From the NCBI GenBank assembly GCA_000165425.1, contig CT868463.1, positions 62,001 through 126,000 of the forward strand: a DNA stretch of 64,000 nt. Reading direction: 5' to 3'. Shown here one piece after another: positions 14,321 to 26,358 of this stretch; the stretch's first letter is position 1; every line of letters starts with the position of its first letter. Source of the DNA: Paramecium tetraurelia. Lineage: Eukaryota. The notes below the pieces were generated by a model, which was given only the letters and a program-made list of their open reading frames with translations, was not told the DNA's origin and searched no databases. A program made the position numbers and the translations under genes.

Positions 14321-14499
14321 TGCTCCTTTCGCAGTGAGAATATAGAATAAAATTTTCAGGGTATTTAAATAATCACCTCTTAGGCTTTCTTATATAAAGA
14401 AAAATAATATTTAATTTGTTTAAGAGATTATTTGAAATTTAATCTCCTTGCAGTGGGTTATTTTTGCAAATTTTTATGAGTATCTACTGAGAAGGAGCA
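14321..14499. repeat. Imperfect inverted repeat with an internal third copy
   Basis: TGCTCCTTTCGCAGTGAG (14321), CTCCTTGCAGTGG (14444), and CTACTGAGAAGGAGCA (14484-14499; reverse complement TGCTCCTTCTCAGTAG). Confidence 0.45.
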
Positions 14500-15360
14500 G
14501 GATGGTGAATAATTTTAAACATAAGACTAAAAATTTAAATTCTCAAGACAGCAGTATCAGAATATTGATCACATATTTTTAATTTTAGTAAATGTTGGAT
14601 TAATAGAAATATACTTTTTACATGATTATAATTATTTATATTATTCATTATCCTCCTTTGAGCTTGAGCCTAACGTAGAGTGTACAATTATTAGTGAACC
14701 CCAAAAGTTATAATGTTCTGCTTTCGTTTTATTATAAATTAGATCCATTTCCCAATTAATATTCGATGGTTTCTTCATATTATGCTTGCATTCTTTGAGC
14801 AAATATTTATTCTTTGATGCCATTTATAAAAACATTAAATGGAATTTCTGGGTCAATAGAAGTTTGTAAGTTTAAATTAGCTTATTGTAAATTTACAACA
14901 ACATTCACACTAATTGCATGGGGTTGATCATTTCTATTTGGCGCACTATTCTAACCTAATAGCTAATTCATGATTATTTTATTTTTAATATTTTAATAAA
15001 TCTTTTTGTCAAGAGCTTTTATACTAGGAAATATGCAAATAATAATTAGAATTAATTAACTAGTATTTTTTCGATATAAACTCATAGATTCATTTTTCAA
15101 AGAAATAACAATTAGACTTTTGAAATCAGATTGTTGATGTTAGTTAAACAGATTTGAGTAATGGTGAGAAAGATATTGCAATTTTTTTAAATGTAGAATT
15201 AATTATTTAATGTGGTGTAATAATAAAGAATATGAGGCACTAAGTGATATCTATACACTGCTAATTTAATAAAACATTAATTCTATTAATTACTTGTATG
15301 TTTCATAGTATAAAAGCCCTTGATAAAAAGATTCATAATAATATTAAAAATAAAATAATC

Positions 15361-15726
15361 ATGAATTAACTTTTGAGTGGTAAATAAATTGAAGATAGTC
15401 CACCATATGCAATTGATGTGAACGTTGTTGTAAATTTAAATCTCGGAAATATAAGCTTACAAACAAATGTCGACCCAGGAATTCCATTTAATATATTTAT
15501 AGAAGGAATCTTAGAATAAATATTTGATCAAAAATTGCAAGCAATATAAGATACTAACCAAATTGAATATTGTTTATAAGACGGGAAAGTCCTTTAAAGA
15601 AAAGATAGCAACCCATTATACTCTTTAGGATTCGATAATAATTCTACACTCAATATTCGTATATTTTAAGGGATACAGGAAACTCCATAACCCTCATTTG
15701 ATAAATATGGAAAAAAGTAGTATTGA
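15361..15726 (+). CDS. Ubiquitin-like paralog, 121 aa, lacking the diglycine
   Basis: Aligns to the 8364 gene: VDPGIPFNIFIEGILEQIFDQKLQA vs IDPNIHFNQFIEGIKEQIFAQKMQA; LGFDNNSTLNIRIFQG then an extension. Confidence 0.8.
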
Positions 15727-15896
15727 TAGGCTTTATAGAAATTTTTGAATTTCCATTCATATGTTAATTTTGAGTTATTACTCTCATATAATTTTATTAT
15801 GCAAATATCCGATGATAATATAATTAGAAAATGGATAAAATGTGCATGTAGTTATTAGATAGTAATAGATGAATTTAATTCTTAGAATATCAATGA

Positions 15897-18196
15897 TCAT
15901 AAATCATATTATTAAAATAATCTTCTTTTCTTGTTTTTGCGTTCATCTTCATCAATTTCATATAATTATATTTCTTTTTTTAAATTAAGTTGACTATATA
16001 GTTCCTTAGTTGAGTCATTGAATGATTCCATGTCTTGATGTAGGGATGATGCCTCAAATCTACTCTTTTGCAATTTGGCATGAGCAGTCGAAACCCTTTT
16101 TAAAGTGTGGTTAGTGATTTGCCTTTCACTTCTATGGATATCTAAGTCTTTTTTCTAATTAAGTATGGTCATCCACTCAGCAGGGAGAGGTTCACAAGTA
16201 CAATAATCAGGATTGGGCAATTAAACCCCAAAGTGTTCTTACAATTTGATCCTAGTGACATTAGCAGGACCCGAATCTACCAATCCTAAGGTCAGCTTTT
16301 TGAATATAATTAATAGAATACATTTAAGGACCAACTTAGGATTGGATAGCAATCCTTGACACTAAAGACCTTAAGGAATTCCCTTCTGATAACCCTTTCT
16401 GAGAGGAGATCTTGTAATTCGATTTCAAGGGTGCCGATTTTGGTGTTTTCTTAATAAAGATACATTGGTAGTACTTTTAATTGATTTACATATTCCACCC
16501 ATCCTTTGCGTTGATCGCTAAAAAAGTAATACAAACGCATACGATTGAGAGTGAGGAAGTATCCTTTATCAAATAGTTGGCCCGTGAGAAGATCGAGTTT
16601 GATTTTGAATTTCTGATCGAAGATGTTGCATTCAATATAGTAGTGTTTAGATAGATCAACATTTTAAGGCACATCTCTGATAGAATGGATTAGGATCATG
16701 AATCTAAAGCGATTGAGTGTTTTAATGACAGTATTATGAATCATGGGGATTTATTGATTATTGAGTATAAGTTGTTTAGTAGCAGAAATATTAAAGATTT
16801 ATTTAGATTCATCTAATCCTGTTTTAATAGATTCATTATTCACTTGGTTGGCTTTAAGTGTTAGCATTTGATTGATGGTGTCATAATCACTGGGCAATCC
16901 TAATTATTTATTGAACTATAATTGTAATTCAATGAGTTGTTCAGTTTCTTTATAGAGAGTGTAGCATTGCTTGCAAACCTTATGTTCATGATAGAGATTG
17001 CTAACTTCTAAATTGGTTACATCTGATCTTTCGATCCAATTGAATGTTTTGCCTCTCCAATAAAGGTGTTTATCAGTTTAAATGATCATCTTCAGGGTCA
17101 TTTTATATTGCAAATATTATTCAGGATAGGATTGCTCACAATACTTGCAAATCTTTTGCTTTTAACACATATCAGCAACTTTGGTTTTGTTCTTGGGTGA
17201 TATAATAGAGATCTGTTATTATGATTAGATAGTAGGTTATCCTTCTTCATTTATGTCTTCTCCATAATGAGTAATGGATTTCCAAAGAATCTTCTCTGGA
17301 CTTTTATCAATAATAAATCCTTTGACATTAACAAACCACCAAATGCCACTTTCATCCTTAATGAAATCAGCAGCAAATTCCTTAAACGTAATGTGCAGAT
17401 GTATATTTATGTAATTTAGAATATTTTTAACATATGGAACTGTTTCATCGACGTACTTTCCACGACAAGTATTAACAATGGTACATGAATTTTGCTGACT
17501 TACATTTGTTATGTATTTTGTGAATTCAGCTTTTGGATTTGTTGTTTATGAAAAATAATCATCCTTATTGGTTACAATGTAGCAGAAGGGATTTCTGTCT
17601 TTGCGCCAGATGGTTCTGCAGATAAAGGCTTTGGGTCCATTACTTTTAACGAACTTTTGTATTACAGTGAGATCCATTCGATTTGAAAAATTAGCATTAA
17701 TTTGGGTTTATAAATCTCTACAACACACCAATTTTATTTCATTCCCAACTAATTCCATGTTTCTAAATTATTATTTCTTGACGACTGCAACTAATTCATC
17801 TGGAGATGTGTAATTGGCCAATTTACTCACTACATTTTTTGATGTGAAAGCATCAGTTCTAAATACATATCCTCTTGAATCTGAATACAACCAATAATTT
17901 GGCATTTCGCGATCATTCAAAACTATAGTGTCTGGAACCCATAATTACAATCTGTTCACTATTGATTAATTAGATTATTCGCTGTCTGGTCTACGAGCCA
18001 GAAATTTATAAAAGTGGATGAAACGCTAGAAATCAACTGTGTATTGATGGTCTTTTGCATCTTCATCATAAATTAGGTTCACTTATGCCAGCAATTGTTC
18101 GTACTTCCTCTTTGCGTCTATCTGTCTCTGTTGTTGCAATACATATGGGTCTTAAATATTCTATAACTGTTTTATCATTTCTTCTCTGTGTTGCAT
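15897..18196 (-). CDS. Hypothetical protein with a degenerate ATP-grasp-like N-terminal half and CxxC...CxxC zinc ribbon; alternative start 18178
   Basis: WVPDTIV, AVVKK, VIQKFVK, FAADFIKDESGIWWFVNVK; CKYC and CKQC pairs. Confidence 0.75.
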
Positions 18197-18206
18197 TATT
18201 AATTAA

Positions 18207-19399
18207 ATGAATGACGAACTCGCAAAAGAGACTTTCATTGTTCAACACTAAGCACAACCATTTACCTATCTCCAAATTCTGAAGGCCCTACAACCCTTGA
18301 CTATTAAGACATTCCGATTTAACATTCCAGAAATCTCAATTTTCAATTAAGGGGAAGTAGAATTGTTCATCTCCCAAAGGAGAACAAATCTTTATGGACA
18401 ATACAAGCAACTCAGGAATCTTCCACTCTATAGACTCAAAATATTGATGCCCAAAAATGGGTGTATATGCAAGTACGTTGATTAGAATCTCCAAATTATG
18501 ACAGATGCAGAATTGACCATACTACTCAATAAAAGAAGAGTTGAACCCATATGGAAGGACATCCTCTATCTACAATCACAGCACTTGGTCGATTAGAGAG
18601 TTCTTTATATTGCAGAACAAGACGATAGCACAACGTTGTATAAAAGAGCCTACACGGAAGTAGGAATCTTGACAAAGGATATTGTCATTGCCTCATCTCA
18701 ATATATCGCAGATGAGGAGGAAGATCAATATGAAAGAAGTCTCCCTTAGGAATAACTCTGTTAATATTACACCTACAAAATAATCCACTTCCTTGAGAAA
18801 GTAAGGACTATTAAAATAACACATGGAATTTTCAAATGGAGTGTTGAAAATTTTCGCTCTTATTATTTTGTAGACTCACAAAATGTTAGTTATAAAAATA
18901 TTGTTGTTAACGATTTAAAATAGAATACTAAATAATAAAACTCCCTGTAATTAATTGATTCTGTTAACGATGAAGTTGTTAAGTAATATACTACTATTTT
19001 AAACAATGAATATTAGAAGAAAAAATAATAATTTGGGTTCAATGAGAATTAATTCAATATAACAAAGGACAGAGAAACTGAAAAAGTATTCAAAGAGATA
19101 CATAAAGGTTCAAATATTTAATATAATTAATTATTTTAAGATCTTGATTCATTTACTAAATATGAGGGTATTAAAATATTATTTAGCTATTAGGAATACT
19201 AATAAAGCAAATTAAACAAAAACATAGAATAAAAATTATCAAACCCAGAGAAAGAGTTATGACAATTTAAAACAGTTCGCCTCCCCAAAAGACTTTGCCA
19301 GTTCGACCAATGACATAATAAAGGTAAAGAACTCCTACCTACAAGCATTATAAATCAAAATTGAAATATAATACTTTGCCATACTTATTATAATACTGA
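18207..19399 (+). CDS. Hypothetical protein, possibly a very degenerate ATP-grasp-like fold
   Basis: Open frame with one 26-nt intron; FNIPEISIF, CICKY, LYLQ, IIHFLEKVRTIKITHGIFKW...YYFVD. Confidence 0.75.
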
Positions 19400-19700
19400 T
19401 ATATAAATATATTATAGGATTTCTGTAAGAAACTTAAATTTATAATTATTTGTTATAACAGCATTACATCATCTATAAATTTAATACAAACATTTTCAAA
19501 GATATTTTGAACTATCAGATCACTAATTCTTTTAATTTATATTATCCTATTTTTATTAGAATATTGAAATTCTTATTATGATGATATCATAATTTGATGA
19601 ATTATAATTCATGTTGAAGTCAATAAACAACTGTATTAAAACATAAAAATCAAAGACATAGAAAATGCTGACTTTTAAATTGAGCTTGTTTATTAATAAT

Positions 19701-20719
19701 TCATTATTATTCCATTAATAATTTATCTTCTGATAAATCAACAAAACTGGATTCTTTGTTCAGTACTGTCAAGGATAGGGAATTGAATTATCCTAGAGAT
19801 GATTGCAAATGCTACCTAATTATTAATTATCCTTCTTTTCTTTTCTGTTTTTCTAAATGGTTCTAAGATCGCCTAGGAATACGTTGAGTATATTGTCTAT
19901 TTAATCAACCTCATGATCTTGTTCGCTTTCTAATTGTTCAAGTTATTCTGAGACATCAGTTACATCATAGAGATGCAACATTTAACGTAAATACTTATTT
20001 TCTGTCTAAAGACTAGCTATGATACCCTATTAACTATAATGATACAAATATTAAAGTACCTCAGACTCATCGTTTGTTTATAATTAATCTTTTTAAACTA
20101 ATTCAATGATCTTCAACAGTTTCATTTTCAAATTCTTGTTTCTTTCTTGGAGGAGTTCATTTCGTTTCTGGATATATTGAGAAATGAGTACCTTTTCTTT
20201 GAGCCATTCTTCTTTGTAGAATTATGTTTTTTGAACTTCTTTGTCCTTGGTGAGTAACTCTGTTTTGAGTTAGCGATATTTTTTCATAACTTCTTCCAGA
20301 ACTTTAGAGTAATCCCTAGTAACAGAATCGGTATTATGTTCTCTTCTTTCTTTGACGGTGGATATGTTTTCATTGCGACTTCTATTGTTGCTAGGTTATC
20401 TCTAATGAGCACCCTTCTTGTTGTATTCATAATGCAAACTGATTTATGGAGTACGAAAGAGAGTTGGAGAGCAGGAGTTTTCACCTATTTGGAATGGATG
20501 AAGTACTTTCGATTTTGGCTTTTCTCTGGTTGGGCGTTTGTTCTCGACGTTGGTTGGGAGAGGTGAGTGAATTGAAATTATTCTATTGGAGGAGAGGGGG
20601 ATCTTTCTTGGTAGGAAGTTGAAGGGTTTTCTTGATTAGGAATGAAAGTGTACTTTGAAATCTTCTTGTCGTTGTTTGATATGCTGGACAAAAGTCTTGT
20701 TTTCAGAGAGTGTTTTCAT
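19701..20719 (-). CDS. Hypothetical coiled-coil protein
   Basis: Frame restored by ~23-nt introns; basic low-complexity N-terminus and coiled-coil C-terminus. Confidence 0.7.
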
Positions 20720-20783
20720 TTATTTGAAATTTAAATTATATATGTGTGAGAAGGGTAAGATTAGATTATAAATAATTTTTATA

Positions 20784-22411
20784 ATGTTGTGCCTTTTTTT
20801 GTTGCAATTAGTGGCTGGACTAAGTGAACGCCCACAAAATATTAGTGAATTGTCAAAGATGCTCTATGGGTACGAGTATAAGGGGAAATGGACATCTTAA
20901 AAAATGGAATAATAATTCCATTACTTGACAGTCGAACAAGGAGATGCTTATATGATATTCTTGTCGAATAATACTCAATAGAATAGCAACGACGTGATCG
21001 ACCGATTCGAGTTTCAGTTACTCAATCCCAAATACTAGGAATTGAAGCAAGTTATTGGCATGTTTAAATTGACTAATTATTCTGACAGTGACATGTAAAG
21101 AGTGATTTAATGTTAGTTCATTCGAGAACACCAGTGTCTTGAACTACACAACAGCCTACAAATTCAGAAGAAACTATTATTCAAAGGAGAATTGTGAAAT
21201 TGCATATACTGTCAATGTCGAATTTTAAGGAGACAACTATGATAAGGAACATGCCAAGATCAAAGTACATATGTAGACACATGATAATTCATTGGACTCT
21301 CACTGCGATGTCGACATCCTCATGGATTTGATGCTTGACACCACAAACTATTTATTAGTCATCATTATGTATTGTGCAATGTCGGTGATGATATGTTTTA
21401 CGCAATTCCTCTGCGTCACTAAACTTTGCAAAGCCTTGCTCGAGAACGAGGAAGACCCAAACAAAGTAAACCCCTCCAACTTATATTAGATCTCCCTCTT
21501 TGCTGTGGGCTATTTGACGATCCAAGATTCCTACATCTGTCTATAAAATCTCTACGAAGCATTAATTAATTATGTAATAATTTCAATCAAACCTAGCAAT
21601 ACTTCTAATACTTCATTTTACCTGCCTTCTTTTACTTCCTGTTGGCAACCACTTGCGACATGAAGTTGATTTGGATAGTCTGGAGAAGTCGACACTTGGA
21701 AGATCTATTTGATCAGCAAAGAATGAGAAGAGCCATAACCTACTTTTTCGCTTAATTCTGTAATTGTCTCTAACTTACTTTAGATTTTAGTCTCATCTTG
21801 TATTTTCTATTGATGTACTTCTTTTTCACTTATAATTGGTTTATTTGTTTAACTGGCATGTGTCTACTTCCATAAATTATTCATAACATTCGACTTGGTA
21901 ATAACCCTAGATTCATCTCCTACTTTGTATTTGGTATTTTGGTTCCAAGTATGCTCTATCAAGTATATCGTGAATATATTTTAGCTTTATAATAGAGGAT
22001 GTCCAAGTAATTTACGTGGCCTTGAACCCTCCTTAGCCTTTTGCATGATCTATCTGAGCGAGTACTTACTCCAAATAATCATCCTCTACATCCAATACAA
22101 ACTAGGTCCAAGATCGTTTATCCCCAAATGTTTCTTACCCAAACAATACAATTATTACAGAACACTTAATATACAAGAAGATTATGTACCAAAAATCCTA
22201 TTATATTCTTTAGGAAGAATGTGCAATCTGTTTGACTTCATTGATGGATGATCCATTTGACACGGAAGCACCTACCTAAAAACTTGTAATCAAACAAGCC
22301 ATGCAAACTCCTTGTCGTCATTGGTTCCATCCCTCATGTCTACGTAGTTGGATTGATATCAAAATGCAGTGTCCCACTTGCCGTTCTGAGTTACCACCTC
22401 TATTAGAATGA
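20784..22411 (+). CDS. Multi-pass transmembrane RING-H2 E3 ubiquitin ligase, Tul1/Dsc1/FLY1-like
   Basis: Signal peptide, several hydrophobic segments, LPQIIHN, LGPRSFIP..YNYYR, C-terminal CAICL...TPCRHWFHPSCLRSWIDIKMQCPTCR. Confidence 0.9.
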
Positions 22412-22433
22412 ATATTTAATTAAATTATCAGAA

Positions 22434-23890
22434 ATGCAACGAGTAGCTCCGAACACTATTAAAGAGGGTTTTGTTAAGGTTGTGATTCCTAAATAATCAT
22501 CATAACCCAACATTAATCCTGAGTCAAATACTTTCTTTCATATAGCTCCCAAATTTCAATAATAGCGTTTGACTATTAAACAAACAGTGCCCACTTCCAA
22601 ATCCATTGAAGAGAAACGTTGTAAGTAGCATAAGAACAATCTCTCAGAAAATAATAATAGCACTAACAGCAATTCCAAAAGTCGTGTAATTGCCACTCTA
22701 TAAATTGAAGATGATTCACTTCAAACATCTCAAAATGGTTTAAAATTAAGAAAAATAGTTGCCGATAGTCATCTGTTCTCAACCAACGTTCTTTAGCAAC
22801 TGTAATCCAAATTTCATTATGTAGATCTAAATAGAATCTAAATACCAATCTCACTAACGATTCTCAAAGCCCGGGATAAAGGAAACCTATCTAGATAAAT
22901 CAGGAACTATATAGTCTTAACACTCAAATTTAATCATTTATCATCAAGAAAAAATATCATACAAAATGGGAAATTTACAAAGAATTATTGCTAAAATAAT
23001 GCAATCTATTAAATGTATACAAACATTAATTCATTCAATCTACTTCATTTAATGACATCTCAGTTAGGATTATCAACAACTTATTTGAAATGATGAATAA
23101 CATCTCAATTGAGATCTTGTGTGAATAAGAGTCTAAATTCAATCAAATTATTGAAAAAATCAACCAAGAAAAAGAACTATGTTTGAATAATTGCTAAATT
23201 ATTGAAAAGGAAAGAGACCTGTTGATTCAAACAGTCAATCAACTTAAATCACCTAAATAAATAAATAACTCAAATCAGATCGATAGTTTGGACACCGGCT
23301 AATTGCAAGAAATGTAAAACGCCATGTAGTTTAAATTATAAGAAATAAGTGAAAAAGAAGCCAAATTGATTAAATTAGTTTTAGCCATTAAAAGAAGTGG
23401 AATTGATATTGAAAAAATTTATAATGAAGAAGTGCTTAATGATGACAGTGCTCTTGAACCAAATGATATTTTACATGGAGTTAAACATTATAATTTTGAA
23501 AAAAATGAGCATGATGCTGATAATTCTATAGTTAATGACTCTGATGAATCTAGTTTTTGCTTTCTTAACAAATTAGAAAATGATTCCATCCTAGATAGCA
23601 TTCGATAATATTAGTATAAAAGCAATAAAAATCTCGATACAAAAACAAATAATGTTAAACTCAAACTTGATCTATCCAGTTTACAATAAAAATTTTAATA
23701 AACCCAAAAGAAATAATAACATAATAAATCATAATCCTCATAAATAATATAAAATAAATAGTAAAAACATAAGATTCCTGAAAATTAAAGCTTTACAGGG
23801 TTTCATCAAGAATTCATATAAAAATTAAATGAATTTTCTGAAAGTTGGAGAATATAAGCTGCAAAAGATGAAAAGCGAACTAAATCTTGA
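22434..23890 (+). CDS. Hypothetical coiled-coil protein with C-terminal GFHQEF...EFSESWR motif
   Basis: Long coding frame; aromatic C-terminal motif before TGA 23888. Confidence 0.75.
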
Positions 23891-24227
23891 AATTATTAAT
23901 ATATTGTTTCATTTCATTTACTCAAATAATAAGCAGATAATATTTGAAATTATTTAATTGTACTATAAGATAAATATTATTACAATCCTGATTTTGTGAT
24001 TTAATCTAATAAAATCAAATCTTTATTTTAGTTCTTAATTATAAAATACCCTTTTGATTCTATACATTCAAATTGCCTTCAGATTGTTTTTGATCTTACA
24101 CTAATTTTAATAATAAAATTGTTTTTGATGCAAGAATTATTCTCTCGATAATTTATAATTATAAATATTCTAAATAATTTGATTTTATTTTCAATTTTAA
24201 GATCACTATTTAAAGTATCAATAGAAA

Positions 24228-24620
24228 ATGATTGTTGTATTTTTTGTTTTTATTACAATTGCAGTTGTTTAATCATAATTAGGTTATGATTAGATTTAAA
24301 TCATGAAGGCAAAGAATTTAATTTAAATATAATTTATTGGAAATTATTCAAAAGGTTTATTATTTTAGATACTGAACTTAGAAAGTATATTCTTAGAAAT
24401 TTAAGCAAAATTGCTTCAAAATAATATGAAGAACTGCTTAATGAAATTTCAAAAATAGAGGAACGAATAAAAATACAAACATCCACTTACAAGGAAACCG
24501 ATTTATGATGTGGATTGTGCTAAATCACAAAAAGTTATCAATATTTGTTAAGAATATTTTATCACAGATTATATTAAGTTGTTTAATTATTTAGTTAAGT
24601 AATATAAATTTTATTCATGA
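24228..24620 (+). CDS. Small putatively secreted protein, ~130 aa; model uncertain
   Basis: Signal-like MIVVFFVFITIAVVQS; 131 codons open without introns, though alternative splicing models exist. Confidence 0.45.
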
Positions 24621-26319
24621 ATCTAATATTAATTTGCATCCTATTCATCAACATTTCAACAAAAGAATTCAGAATCTAAATTCAGAAGACATAAACGTAA
24701 AGAAGATCAAGAAATCATTTAACCTACTCTAATGTTGATAAGAATAAATTAAAAGCAACACCTGATGATTCCAAATAATATTTAGATGATTATACTTTAA
24801 CAGTAGCATAAATTTTAATTTTACCAGATTCCATTAACTTTGGGTTCAGAATAAGTTTAATAGTCAATTGATACTACATCTTATATTACCTGGGTATTTA
24901 GTAAAAACCCAGATGATAAAAAATGCGATAAATGTCCAGTTGATGCAAAATTAATTAAGTGTGAAACAAGCTGCTCCTATCAAACAAGCAAGGACGATGA
25001 TAAAAACATTCCCTTAACATCCGAAAATTCATATGGAGGAAGAGTTAAAGTGAATGGATTATATGCAATTTAAGTATACAATTTAACAAGAATAAGGATT
25101 CACTTGAATTATTAGGGATGACAGTTAATAAAGTAGGTCTTGGACTCGTAGATAAATACAATACAGAGTATAGTACTACCTCTAACGATGGGGCATTGGG
25201 CTTGGCTTTTGGTTAAGACTACATTGATTACAAAAAGAAGAAAAATGCCTAAGTTGGAGAGTTTCAGTTTGACTCTGCTTTAGAACCTCAGAATAGTATA
25301 CTCTAACAGTAATAGTATTAAGATTTACTTAAGAATCCGTGCTTAATTGCCCAATGTTCCCCAAACTACTTTTGCTATTAAATTAGAAGACACATTGCAG
25401 TTGCTTGTTTTAGGTGAAAAACAAGGATATTTTGCATCATCTAAATTTGTTAAGTTTTCAAATGTTGGTAAAAAGGTCTGGGCATTAAAAGTAAATAAGC
25501 TATACTTTGGAGATGAGTCAGTGTTCTTAAGTAATAAATAAATTAAATTGTTAGCTGGTGGAACTGCCATATTTGATAGCACGACAAGATTTATATGGGC
25601 AGAAAAGACAGTCATAGAAAAGTTTGAGGAAGAATTAAAAAAGTTTCATCTTGTAATACTTTTGCTTATATTAGGATTGTGCTGTGAGTGAAGATTTATT
25701 AAAATGTTCTTGTAATGATGAACAATATGAAAAATTCAATGATATTAATTTCACTTTTAATATTGACAATAATAAGTACGCTTTATCGAAATCAGATTAC
25801 ATCCATAGAGAAGATTAAAAATGCTATCTTTTAGTCAGATCTTTATAAGCAAGCAATCCTTTAATTTAATAATCATCAGATAAACCTGTTATAATCATAC
25901 CTTATACATTTTTCAAGTAAATATGTATAATATGTGAAGAAACAATTATGTTCTATTTGATCAAGAAGAAAATTCAATTAATATTTCTCCTGCATACCAA
26001 GTGAAAGCTGATTCCATTCATTTGAGTAACAACACTATTATTACAACTTCCATAATTGGATTTGTATTTTTAATTCTATCATTATTCGTATTGACTAATA
26101 TAATGCAGTAATATCTTGTATATCTTTAGATATGCATCTTATGAAAATACAACTTAATAGCCATAGCAACCATAAGCCTATTAAAAATAATAAATATATT
26201 AAACACCTCAAATGTAATAGTAATAATTTAAATAATCGCCATATCAATTCAGTCCAAATTAAATTAACTAAGGGAGAGTTAATCCTGTGGCAAATATACC
26301 AGGGCAATTTAGATTTTGA
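24617..26319 (+). CDS. Pepsin-like (A1) aspartic protease homolog with C-terminal TM helix and Q/P tail; atypical catalytic motifs
   Basis: Signal peptide, IDTTSYITWV, DGALGLAF, AIFDSTTRFI, YVLFD, TM segment; several short introns. Confidence 0.8.
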
Positions 26320-26358
26320 ATATTATATGTAAGATATAAACAAGATATAAAAGATAAA

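Noticed and set aside
14641..14823. ORF-track 60-aa minus ORF
   Set aside because: No recognisable motif; at most an unidentifiable pseudogene remnant
14926..14937. GATCATTTCTAT resembling U3 snoRNA box A
   Set aside because: No box A', B, C or D in the expected arrangement
7531..15754. Shared 14-mer ATTTTTGAATTTCC at 7531 and 15741
   Set aside because: AT-rich matches of this length are expected by chance in 64 kb
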